From a virus: 64,000 bases of DNA. The stretch is taken from the IMG/VR virus record IMGVR_UViG_3300021185_001231, one strand, 5' to 3'. Shown here one piece after another: positions 38,601 through 48,600 of this stretch (its first letter is position 1; each line of letters opens with the position of its first letter). The notes under the pieces were generated by a model that saw only the letters and a program-made list of their open reading frames with translations, did not search any database and was not told the origin of the DNA. The position numbers and the translations under genes are program-made.

Positions 38601-41600
38601 CCACTATTAGTAATAGTAGATTGGAGAGTCAATGTCGCCACATCATACTCATACCAAGTCGAGGTCGCTTGTTCGAATACGTACATCCGACCTTCACCAG
38701 CTACCACGCGTTTCCCCCAAGATACACCAGTCGGACTTACAAAGACAGTGGGTGATGCAGATAAAGAATTTTCATCCCAAAGTAGAAGTTGTGACCCTGA
38801 AACGTTAGTCTTACTTGTTGCAATAAACTTTCCGTCAGTATTTGCTCTTACTTTCAACTTATCGTCCGTAGATCCCAGATATTGATGTTTCATGGATATG
38901 TTATTTCTATCAGTGACATCGAAGAACTGTATACCGCCTGTATTTGAACTACTGACCGAAGTCGACCATGAACACGCTAGAGTCTTAGTATTCTCTGACC
39001 ATACCATATTTTCGCCGAAGCTAGGTCCATATTGAGTGTTGATAAGAGAACTTTCATTTTGCATCTCAATGACTGATGGAACAGATTCTGTGTTATTTTT
39101 ATCATACACAAAAACTTGTCCATGTTGATCAGACCCATAGTTATCTGCAGCAACGATCACATAGTCGTTAGTGATAATCATATTAGATCCGAAACGATCA
39201 CTATGTGATGAACCTGAACTAATAGGAGATATCTTAGTCAATGGAACCGCTTCCGGAGTTACGTCAGAAACATTGCCATTCAAGAAATCTTCGATAGCAG
39301 TAACAGTAGTAACGTCTGCCTTAGTTGCAAGAGCAGTAGTAGTTGCAGCACCATCTGCCTTAGTAGCAAGAGCAGCAGTAGTTGCAGCATCATCTGCCTT
39401 AGAGGCAAGACTGGTGGTAACTGTTGATGCGAAGTTCGCATCATCACCAAGAGCAGCTGCTAGTTCATTCAACGTATCCAATGCGGCAGGAGCAGCATCT
39501 ACAACATTAGCGACTTCAGCAGTAATTGCAGTATTCATCTCAGCGGTTGTTGAGTAGTCACTCAAGTCGGTAGAAGGAATTGCAGCAATAGCGGCAGTTC
39601 TAGCAGCAGTCTCAGCAGCGATAGCAGAAGCGTTAGCGGATATACTATCAGTAAGACTAGTATCAGTTCCAGACAATGCAGATATTTCCGAACGTAACTC
39701 ATTGATAGCGGGAGTTATCTCAGTAGCCACAGTCTCTAATGCCGCAGCAGGAGAGGTCATAGTATAACCAATCGAAGCTGACATTCCGAACCTAGATTCG
39801 TTGATAGTAGAGAAAGGTTGATTGAGAACTTTTTGGGGTGTAGACAAGTCATTAACATCATAGATGTGTAACTGACCATTGACATTGCCATCATTAAACT
39901 CATGATACCCTAATAAAATTATATTCCCTTTAGCACTGACCGACTTTGCATGAACATTAAACCCATCACTAGAAGAACCATATCGCGCAACATAAGTTGG
40001 TTGAGATGAAATACTTGATAGGGGCCAAACATACATTCCATTATTATCTGAACCACTTAGACCAGCACCAATAGAAATAATGTGACTATCAGTCATTTCT
40101 ATATATTGAATCCAGTTATCATTTGTTTCAATATTAGGTTTCTGTATAGTGCCAATCAGTTGGTTATTGGAAGAATTGAATATGTGTATGACTTCTGGTG
40201 TACCACTTGCACCAGAATAAGCAACTGCGGCCCAATGGGTCGAATTTGCCGCAACAGACGAACCAAAACTATTTCCATGAGTGTTTGATTGTGTAGCTAT
40301 TTCAGTGGGTGATGCATTTAAGTCATCAATATTATAGATGTATACTCTACCCTGATTTTGTGTAGAACCATCATAACTAACAAAACCTACATAAAGTTTT
40401 CTACCAACAGAAACTATAGAACTATTGTTTTCCCCAAACCACTGATTTCCTCCTAAAGCATTAAAATTTCTACTAGGAGATAATTTTGTAGGACTAGAAA
40501 AATTCAGATTTTGATTATCGTTCGAATAATTAACAGTATATGCGTATATAGCACCTTCAACCTTATCACCACTTGCTGCATTACTGTCTTCGTTCTTTGC
40601 AGCTACGAACAATCTATCTCCGGATTCTGACCAAACTACAGTTTTACCAAAGTTTTCATTCAGAGAAGAGTTTGGTGAAGAGGGAAGTAGATTTTGCAAT
40701 AATGAGCCATCTGGGTTAAATATACTAACACGACCACCACCAGTATAATTATGATCTCCTATCGCAACAAAACCATACTGGTTAATTGTTGTACTATAAG
40801 GTTTATCATTACTTCCCTGCGCCATCCATTCTCTAGGGTCAGCACTTTCTATTGTCAATACTGGAGATGAAGTGTCTGCTGCATTGTATAGATAAGTTTG
40901 TCCAGCTCTTTGAGTTCCATCAGAATGTTCCGCATAAGGAGCACTGATTAATATGCTAGTTCCAACGACATCTTGACCTTTAATAAGAGATTCTAAGGTA
41001 TCAAGATCTGTCTGATCTGACTTAGTAGCAAGAGCAGCAGTAGTTGCAGCATCATCTGCCTTAGTTGCGATAGACGAAGTTACTGTTGAAGCAAAGTTCG
41101 CATCGTCACCTAATGCAGCAGCCAACTCGTTAAGAGTGTCTAATGCGGCAGGAGCAGCGTCTACTGTAGAAGCAACAACTTGATCAGCATATGTCTGTGC
41201 TTCTGTTTTAGCAGTAGCAATTGCAGAAGTCATCTCGGTAGAAGTTGAGTAAGGAGTCAAATCTGTAGAAGGAATTGCAGAAATAGCAGTATTCATTTCC
41301 GAAGTAGTTGAGTAACCAGAAAGATCAACACCAGCAACACCCGAATCAACATATGCTTTAGTAGCAAACAATGAATCGTCTACAACAAAACTTGTAGTTG
41401 TAGTACCAGTTTGTGCGACACTAGAGAAGAATCTCTTTTGACTATAGGTTATTAGGGTATCACCTACGATTATAACTTCTACATTTCCATTCTCAAAACA
41501 AGCAAATGTACCCGATTGTTGTCCATCGGATATGTTATATGCCTTTATTGTTTTACTCTGGACACTATTATCAGCACCTATAAATATTCTACCTCCTCTT

Positions 41601-44600
41601 ACCGCAAGATAACTACTCATATGTGGTTTTGCAGCATCATACTGAGTGGTGTTAATAGTTGCTATGTGAGAGTAATCTTCAGTACTAAACACTTCAACTA
41701 TTGCACCTTGACTATCATTATAATTATCACCAGCTGGAGCTGCATGATATCTAGTTACCGCCAAGTGATTCAGAGTTCTATCGATAGCCATTTGACCACC
41801 AAACTTTCTTTGAGAGACACCAGGCGCAGTAATAGTCTGTACTACAGTATTAGTTGATAGATCAACAACATAGACAGCTCCATCGGGTACCATGCTATTA
41901 GAAGCAGCACCATAGAAAAAATCACTGATAAATGCTTTATTTCCTTGTACCAATATTTTTCGAAGTTTATGACCTTCGTTTGAATTAGCATTAGTTGCGG
42001 ATCCAGGCAACGCAATAGTCGCATCCAGATTACCAGTAGCGATATCATAAATGTACATCTGATTTATGTAAGCGGTTAAGAACTTAGTTCCATAAATCGC
42101 ATGAGCAACATTATAGTTACCAGAAGTAACGGGGAAACTATTGACTAAAGAACCATCACTTAAGTTATGAATATAAGCTGTGTCCGTTGAAGCTTTAATC
42201 CAAGCGGCATAAGTTTCATCCATAACCATAGTTGGATCGTCATCACCGACATTAACATCCCAAACTTTATTTAAGTCTTTATCAAGAACCTGTATAGTTT
42301 TTGTCTGAATGCCTGAGACTTTACCTTGAGCATAAATGGAAAAATGCGTAGAATCATTAGTTCTCATTCTAGTTGCATCTGCACCATACTGACTACCGAT
42401 CATATTATCGGTTATAGTAAGTCCTAGTGTACCAGCACTGAATGTTCCATTAGCACTCCAGTCAGAACTAGTTACTGTATTAGTACCGAATCCAGTTGTT
42501 AAATCAACAGGTTGGATAGCAGTATCAGCAAGAGCACCTTGAGCAGAAGTTGCAACGGCACTAGCGTCTGCCTTAGTAGCAAGAGCAGCAGTAGTTGCGG
42601 CATCATCTGCCTTAGTTGCAAGACTAGTGGTAACAGTAGATGCGAAGTTTGCGTCATCACCTAGAGCAGCAGCTAACTCGTTAAGGGTATCCAATGCCGC
42701 AGGAGCAGCATCTACAACATTAGCAACTTCAGCAGTAATTGCTGAGTTCATTTCCGAAGTAGTTGAGTAACCAGAAAGATCTACAGTAACGTTATCGATC
42801 GCAGTATTCATTTCCGCTGTAGTTGAGTAACCAGAAAGATCAACGTCAGCACTAGAAACAGCAGAATCAACGTATGCTTTAGTTGCCGCATCTGTACCAC
42901 TCGTTGGCGTTCCAAGATTAGAAATCTTGTTTGTGGCCATGTCAACATTTGCTTGCATCTCAATATCAGTTGAACCTGAAGAGGTACTAATACCAGAGAC
43001 CTGATTTTGAAGTATAGCAATTGCTTGGTTGTTAATAGTTTCCGCAGAAGTCGCACGAGTTGTTTCGGCAGTTAAGTCAACTTGACTTGCCTTATCAGCA
43101 AGACTAGTAGTAACAGTTGAAGCAAAGTTTGCATCATCACCAAGAGCAGCTGCTAGTTCATTCAACGTATCCAATGCGGCAGGAGCAGCATCTACAACAT
43201 TAGCGACTTCAGCAGTAATTGCAGAGTTCATTTCTGTAGTAGTTGAGTAACCAGATAGATCAACACTAACATTAGAGATTGCAGTATTCATTTCTGTGGT
43301 AGTTGAGTATCCAGAAAGATCAACGTCAGCGTTAGCAATAGCAGTATTCATTTCCGCAGTAGTTGAGTATCCAGAAAGATCAACACCAGAAACACCAGAG
43401 TCAGTATACGCTTGTGCTTGCGATAAAGTTGCGGCTAATTCAGCAGTAGTTGCATATGGAGATAAATCCGTACCTTCTAATAATAGTTTACCACTAGTAA
43501 GTGCAAGACCAGCAATGTAATCACTTTCAGTTGTAGTAACACTACCATCGTCTTGTACATAGTACGTTGACCCGACTGAAAGACCAGTCAAGACGGTAGT
43601 AGAACTATTCTTAATAGCGACTTGTACATTTTCACCATCTGCTTGAGTACTTGTTGCGATACCGATCCACTGAGCAGTATTACTTACAGGCGTCATTCTA
43701 GAGACGTGTGCTTTGACCTCGTTGCCATAGACACGACTTCCAGAATTATTTCTTAAAAATACACTATGACCATTTAATTCTGGGCCGTCAAAAACAACAA
43801 AAGAGGTAGAGCTACCATTGGAAGTGTCAGAATAAGTGTGAGCCCCTCCGCGCCATTCTTCGGTTACTGTCCAAGAGCCCGAAGAATCAATACTGCCGAG
43901 AACATAACCCCATCCATTATCACTGTTGTATTGTCGTCCGTACATAAATGTAACGGTGTCACTTAATGAAGATGTTGCTACGGCTATAGAATTATAACTC
44001 TGGTTTCCGGTATCATTAATCAATTTTGAAATGAAAGACTTTTCAACTAAATCTCCACTAGAGTCAAATTCGAGCACCATTGCTCTTATGTAAGTATTTG
44101 AACTCCAAGATTTCATCGGCACAACAATATTGCCCGAGTATGCCGAATATGAAATCCAACCACCAGTTATTCCACCATTATCACCTATGCTCGTGTCGAT
44201 GTGATAATTACCAGAAGTTCTACTAGTGTAGTCATATTGTTTAGCGTCTCCAAAACTCAATTGTTCATTAGATACGTCTACTTTTATAGCAGTAATTTGT
44301 TTGCCGTTATGCAGCATAAACATCCAGTCTTGACCGTCTATTGTTAAGACTGTAGTTCTTTCTGGCAGACTATAATAGCTTTGATTTGTTCCAAGGCCAA
44401 GGAAATAATTTTCAAAATCAGACTGATTGCTTGCAGCTGAATATAAGGTGTATTCAGTACCGATTATTAATTCACCATTATAAACTGAAATTTTTGTTCC
44501 CATTACGTTACTATTGTTTTCATCACCCGGGCCAACTCCATTCTGTCTATAGAATAGATGTAGTTCACCATCAACTACAGCATGCTGTAGTTGGTTTGTA

Positions 44601-45580
44601 TAAGACCTGTTAAAAGTAGTGAAGCCTACTTTAGATATAGAAGAACCATTATTATAAAAAAGTACAATTCTTTCTCGTTCAGCATTAACAAGAACATAGT
44701 ATGCTGTGCCTGGTATTACAGCCATAATAGCTTTTTTACTAACAGCTTCTCCCAGCATATAGGCCCAATTATTAGATCCAGTCGCAGCATCAGAATTAAA
44801 AGAGTAATGTACAGTAGTTTCTAGTGACATTGGATCAGGGGTTACAGCAGAAATTTTTATCTTTTCTTGTCCATAGTTACTACTCTTTTCACTGGCCATT
44901 ACAATTAATTGATTATTCACAGTATCCCAATCCATGAACATGGCTCTTTTATCAATATTCGTACCTAAACTAGTATAGGTTTCATTCATGTCGGGTATAT
45001 TAGATGATATCTGTGTAACCTTTCCAGTAGATGTTAAAGCAACCGCGCTTCCACTAGTAACAGTACCAAACGCTTCATAGGTTTGAGTACCAATTGTATT
45101 TTCTAAAGCGGTTAAGTCTGCTTGTGTAGCAGCATTGTCAGCTTTAGTACCCTGTGCGGCAGTCGCAAAAGATGTGATCGCAGCTGTCGCGGCAGTTCCT
45201 AGACCAAGATTTGATCTAGCAGCAGCGGCATCGGCAACGTCACTTAAGTTGTTTGCAGCGTTTAATTTTGTGTTTAGTGCGTTCGTCATTGACGTTGCGA
45301 AATCCGCATCATCTCCGAGTGCCGCAGCTAATTCGTTTAATGTGTCTAAGGTCGCTGGTGCGGAGTCTGCAAGAGCAGAGACAGCAGTAGTGACAGCACT
45401 ATCAATTGAACCTTGGTCAACACCCTGTGCGACAGTAGCGTCAATCATGGCTTGAACGGCAGTTTGATACGATGCTTCGTTTAGTACGCCATCAGCACCA
45501 ACAATGTTGATACCATTAACGAAAACTTCACCAGCAACGTCTAAACCGTTCTGTATTCTAAATTTCTTTTCTGAACTCAT
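35657..45580 (-). CDS. giant modular tail-fibre/adhesin-like protein (3307 aa)
   Basis: Seven APxxLDTLNELAAALGDD fibre repeats and DLSGYSTTxEMN repeats separating about five beta-rich, propeller-like domains. Confidence 0.75.
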   Translation of the reverse strand: MSSEKKFRIQNGLDVAGEVFVNGINIVGADGVLNEASYQTAVQAMIDATVAQGVDQGSIDSAVTTAVSALADSAPATLDTLNELAAALGDDADFATSMTNALNTKLNAANNLSDVADAAAARSNLGLGTAATAAITSFATAAQGTKADNAATQADLTALENTIGTQTYEAFGTVTSGSAVALTSTGKVTQISSNIPDMNETYTSLGTNIDKRAMFMDWDTVNNQLIVMASEKSSNYGQEKIKISAVTPDPMSLETTVHYSFNSDAATGSNNWAYMLGEAVSKKAIMAVIPGTAYYVLVNAERERIVLFYNNGSSISKVGFTTFNRSYTNQLQHAVVDGELHLFYRQNGVGPGDENNSNVMGTKISVYNGELIIGTEYTLYSAASNQSDFENYFLGLGTNQSYYSLPERTTVLTIDGQDWMFMLHNGKQITAIKVDVSNEQLSFGDAKQYDYTSRTSGNYHIDTSIGDNGGITGGWISYSAYSGNIVVPMKSWSSNTYIRAMVLEFDSSGDLVEKSFISKLINDTGNQSYNSIAVATSSLSDTVTFMYGRQYNSDNGWGYVLGSIDSSGSWTVTEEWRGGAHTYSDTSNGSSTSFVVFDGPELNGHSVFLRNNSGSRVYGNEVKAHVSRMTPVSNTAQWIGIATSTQADGENVQVAIKNSSTTVLTGLSVGSTYYVQDDGSVTTTESDYIAGLALTSGKLLLEGTDLSPYATTAELAATLSQAQAYTDSGVSGVDLSGYSTTAEMNTAIANADVDLSGYSTTTEMNTAISNVSVDLSGYSTTTEMNSAITAEVANVVDAAPAALDTLNELAAALGDDANFASTVTTSLADKASQVDLTAETTRATSAETINNQAIAILQNQVSGISTSSGSTDIEMQANVDMATNKISNLGTPTSGTDAATKAYVDSAVSSADVDLSGYSTTAEMNTAIDNVTVDLSGYSTTSEMNSAITAEVANVVDAAPAALDTLNELAAALGDDANFASTVTTSLATKADDAATTAALATKADASAVATSAQGALADTAIQPVDLTTGFGTNTVTSSDWSANGTFSAGTLGLTITDNMIGSQYGADATRMRTNDSTHFSIYAQGKVSGIQTKTIQVLDKDLNKVWDVNVGDDDPTMVMDETYAAWIKASTDTAYIHNLSDGSLVNSFPVTSGNYNVAHAIYGTKFLTAYINQMYIYDIATGNLDATIALPGSATNANSNEGHKLRKILVQGNKAFISDFFYGAASNSMVPDGAVYVVDLSTNTVVQTITAPGVSQRKFGGQMAIDRTLNHLAVTRYHAAPAGDNYNDSQGAIVEVFSTEDYSHIATINTTQYDAAKPHMSSYLAVRGGRIFIGADNSVQSKTIKAYNISDGQQSGTFACFENGNVEVIIVGDTLITYSQKRFFSSVAQTGTTTTSFVVDDSLFATKAYVDSGVAGVDLSGYSTTSEMNTAISAIPSTDLTPYSTSTEMTSAIATAKTEAQTYADQVVASTVDAAPAALDTLNELAAALGDDANFASTVTSSIATKADDAATTAALATKSDQTDLDTLESLIKGQDVVGTSILISAPYAEHSDGTQRAGQTYLYNAADTSSPVLTIESADPREWMAQGSNDKPYSTTINQYGFVAIGDHNYTGGGRVSIFNPDGSLLQNLLPSSPNSSLNENFGKTVVWSESGDRLFVAAKNEDSNAASGDKVEGAIYAYTVNYSNDNQNLNFSSPTKLSPSRNFNALGGNQWFGENNSSIVSVGRKLYVGFVSYDGSTQNQGRVYIYNIDDLNASPTEIATQSNTHGNSFGSSVAANSTHWAAVAYSGASGTPEVIHIFNSSNNQLIGTIQKPNIETNDNWIQYIEMTDSHIISIGAGLSGSDNNGMYVWPLSSISSQPTYVARYGSSSDGFNVHAKSVSAKGNIILLGYHEFNDGNVNGQLHIYDVNDLSTPQKVLNQPFSTINESRFGMSASIGYTMTSPAAALETVATEITPAINELRSEISALSGTDTSLTDSISANASAIAAETAARTAAIAAIPSTDLSDYSTTAEMNTAITAEVANVVDAAPAALDTLNELAAALGDDANFASTVTTSLASKADDAATTAALATKADGAATTTALATKADVTTVTAIEDFLNGNVSDVTPEAVPLTKISPISSGSSHSDRFGSNMIITNDYVIVAADNYGSDQHGQVFVYDKNNTESVPSVIEMQNESSLINTQYGPSFGENMVWSENTKTLACSWSTSVSSSNTGGIQFFDVTDRNNISMKHQYLGSTDDKLKVRANTDGKFIATSKTNVSGSQLLLWDENSLSASPTVFVSPTGVSWGKRVVAGEGRMYVFEQATSTWYEYDVATLTLQSTITNSGNSYYGVIGGGKFISWSPNTIANVYEFGSNVRTAIDLGGNPSNALHATSSHLYIGSIKSDQYGALGTDEGVLKVYDLSDLNATPVTISTAQSFYGYFGGITADDETLYITEYDGSGSSSPKGINRWDVSSLAGGFSLQSDLESLVSVETSAREIAIAAETSARETAITSAISTASADATSKADQAEVDAKAYADQVVAATVDAAPAALDTLNELAAALGDDANFASTVTTSLASKADDAATTTALDGKATTAQGAKADTAVQPEDFWSLADGSTTTYTVDWSATDYQPDSGKQTQSFYKRDDIDDIRDAVDVRTSPNGNVVAVFNNWVGSGIPSNTDISYTVRVYNASGVEIREYDMGSIVRQSNNDLYGALSIGEKLVSAEITDTHVFIAYSYSSNGAGYKVYSIDDLDTAIGGHRSHSKLFTVDYNTITAGGNQNGVYAFIRSVGNDKLIVTNQSNYGSRGEFGATNWVTQEEISLPWLPVVNPQYISCDVHSASGWVYVAGRMQSDPNIRGYNFDTGATHVIPYSTFGHWLKGPNPGTQGDVSSKTVSVGSKYIVIVDSNSNAGHDYPDSYGDNPALVYEVGTDNLVATIPRPSSVMRWGASPTQTVTATNGDAVIIPGSNVGDYNNKKAYIFDMASSDKTVATNSWDLEQGVSSGNKSYTYIDVSDNHEILVAEHKGVWKSDGPTVAINTPSVDASTIASKVYVDNVVAATDGRTAGISVDSDSNIALSVGIEMGQNNIKDVNDVYANRGFIDTIESNDLKVQTGTVDFEGSIVNFGSSTIIGSGFGTATKAEVDAHLNIPTANAGEFVKWNGTDYEWTELLSGRLATDQLQVASGGSISITGPGGTFDFQDGIVMLSGSDVRVDTPTDVGQAANKGYVDGVVAATVDAAPAALDTLNELAAALGDDANFASTITNSLATKANTADVATAAQGAKADSALQPGDAVSLTVDNSEKLDGQQSSHFRIDIYDINGNIVN
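35850..45362 (-). repeat. seven dispersed near-identical coding repeats (APAALDTLNELAAALGDDANFAS)
   Basis: Copies near 35900, 37970, 39470, 41130, 42680, 43160 and 45340, with high DNA identity. Confidence 0.9.
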
Positions 45581-45609
45581 TTTTAATTTCCTTTAATTTT
45601 TATGCAAGG

Positions 45610-45634
45610 TCAGGGGAGCATTGCACCCCCCTGA
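45610..45634 (-). terminator. intergenic hairpin
   Basis: TCAGGGG/CCCCTGA stem between the 1538-aa and 3307-aa genes. Confidence 0.45.
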
Positions 45635-45667
45635 ATTTAATTTTTATGCATAACAATGAATTGATTA

Positions 45668-48600
45668 TTATGCATCGATGTACGTAGCAACGACTGTTAC
45701 CTTAGTACTCTCAGCATTAGCAGTGTAAGTCAATTCAATGTCGCCAGTACCCGAATTAACACGTACATCTGTATCACCCAAAGTAGTGGAACCTGTGAAG
45801 ATTACACCATACTCAGTGATGAAGGCAGAAGTACCGTTATGGACTACTAGACATTCACGTGTTTCGAACTCTTGTCCGTCTGGAGACTCAATAGATACCA
45901 AGTACTTAGCGGATCTGTGATTCGCTTTAGGGAATGAAGAAACCACAGCTTCGACAGTACCGACAGTTCGTTGTGCACCCTGTTCACCGACTTTAATGTC
46001 TGCGGTGAATGATGAAGTAGAAACTGAACCATCAAGAACACCTTGTACAGCACCGACAGAGTGAGAGATGATAACTGCCTGAGCACCATTAGGAATCGGA
46101 GCAGTAAATACAATCTCTTGTGCAACCGAATCAAAGTTATAGTGTGTGCCTGGATCCTGAATAACACCACCAACGAATACTAGAGCGTCTGCAATATTTA
46201 CATAGAATGTAATTGCGAAGTTAGTCTGTACTCCATCACCATTCATAACTTGACGATTAGGTTGTACGAATTGAAGATCATTCGGGTGGATAAAGTCCCA
46301 ACCGGATTCATCAGACTTAACTTGCATTAAGTACTCAGCTTTACCGACATAAGTAGTTTCTGATATATCATCCAACTCAAGTAGAGTACCAGCAGTATCA
46401 ATAGCGATAACACCAGTAGTATTATCGTAAGAAACTCTTCCGTTACCTTTAGTATCAACCGCACTAATAGATTCTCTTGAACGAGCTTCAGTAAAGTATC
46501 TGTTAGATGCATTCGGATCTTCTACAAGATCACTCGTGTCAAACTGCGAGATGTGTTGTGCAGCAAGACCAGCGTCCATTTGACCCTTGTTAACAGCGTC
46601 AGAAGCGACAGTACCATCAGCTACAGCAGCAACCTTGTTTGAACCCATGTTCAATACACCAGACATAGTGTCGCCAGACTTGGCAACCTTTTGATCGATG
46701 TTTGACTGAAGAGTCGTGTCCGCAGAAGATCGTGCGGATGCTTCAGCAGATACAGCAGCTGCTCTATCAGTGATCTCTTGTGCAAGACCAGAAGCGTTAG
46801 TTGCGATGTCAGTTTGGTTAGAAGAGATAAGTGAAGTTAGATCACTATCTGCGTCACCAAATGCGGTAACAATCTCTGTCAATGAATCCAAAGCAGCGGG
46901 ATCAGTGTTAGAAACGATGAAGTCTACTCGTGCGTTTACAGCTGCTTCAGCAGTCTGTGCACGTGTCGCTTCGTCAGAGATAGAAGTAGCGTTAGTTGCA
47001 ATATTTGCAGCATTTGCTTGTTCAGCTGAAGTAGCACGACCAACTTCCGCAGTAATCTGTGATTGCAGACTTGCGTCACCTGAAGTTCTAGAAGAGATTT
47101 CTGAGTTCAAGTTATTAGTTAGTGTATTATCCGCAGCGATACGTGCAGTTTCTTCTGCCTTAAGTGCAACGTCTAACTTGGTAGACTCGTCCTTAAGTGA
47201 TACCGCAGTATCTAAGAAGTTAGAACCTGAACGTGATAGGTAAGCACCATCAGTAGCAACACCGACAGAAGTTTGAGTTAGAGTCATTTCTGATTCTAAA
47301 GTAGTTGCTCTAGTGTCTAATGCGTTATCAGCATTCGCTCTTGTTGTAGCTTCAGCGGTGATTTGACCTTCAAGTAGATCGTCAGCAGCTTCTCTTGTTG
47401 AAGCTTCAGTAGCAACGATTCCGTCAGAATAAGTCTTAGCGGCCGCTTCAGCATTATCTGCTTTAGTCGTCGCATCTGAAGATGCAGAGTTTAATACAAC
47501 GGCATCGGCAGTTGCGAAATCACTACGGATTGAAGTATCAGCAGCAGCAAAATCGCCACGAATCGAAGTTTCTTCAGCTTGTGCACGGGCAGTCTCCGTA
47601 GAAATGGCAGTTGCGTTAGTTACAATAGAAGATTCGGCAGTAGTCATTCGACCAGCTACCGCATTTGTATCTGTATGCAATTCGTTTACCGCACCAGCGA
47701 GATCATTCGCAACTGTGTCAAGTGAAGTACCTTCACCAACAAATGCTTCTAGATCATCGATTTCACTTTCAGCAGCATCCATCTCTGTCTCTAGAGTAGT
47801 AGCGCGTGCTTCGACAGCATCCATTTCAGATTCTAGTGTAGTAGCGCGTGCTTCTACAGCATCCATTTCTGTGTTCAGAGTTGAGATAGAAGATTCGTTT
47901 GTGGTCAATCGTGAAGAGTTATTATCGATAACAACTTGCATATCACTGTCAGCATTCTCATATGCGCCAATGATTTCAACTAATGTATCTAATGTTTCCG
48001 GAGCAGCATTTACTAAGAAGTCTACTCGACCTTCGACGATGTCTAAATCTGTTTGAATTGCAGCATCAGCGGCAATACGTGCAGAAGTCTCATCAGCGAC
48101 GGCAGTAGTAAGAACACCTTCAGCTGCGATAGCACGAGCAACTTCAGAGTTGATGCTTGCAGCATTAGTTGCAATGCTACCAGTGTTTGTATCAACGTCA
48201 GTTCTTAGACCAGCTTCTACACCAGTTGCACGTGTAACTTCCTGTGCAAGTGAAGCATCAGTGGCAGAGTCAGCTGCGATTCTTGCAGTTTGTTCTGCGA
48301 GAAGATCAGCGTCATGTTGAGTATCAGCAGCCGCACGAGTGACAGCTTCTGCATCAATGTTACCTTGGAGAGTAGCATCAGCAGAAACACGAGCAGTAGT
48401 CTCGGTAGCGATGTCTGAAGTATTTGCATCGATATCTGTCTCAGCAGTATCCATACGACCTTCTAGGTTAGTAGCGCGTAGAGATAGTGCGTCATCACCA
48501 GAAACTCGTAATGCAGTTTCAGCAGCAACAATAGTGTCTGCATGAGTTTCCGCAGTAGTTTTTGCAGTTGCAATACGTGCGGTAACAGTATTTCCGCCAG

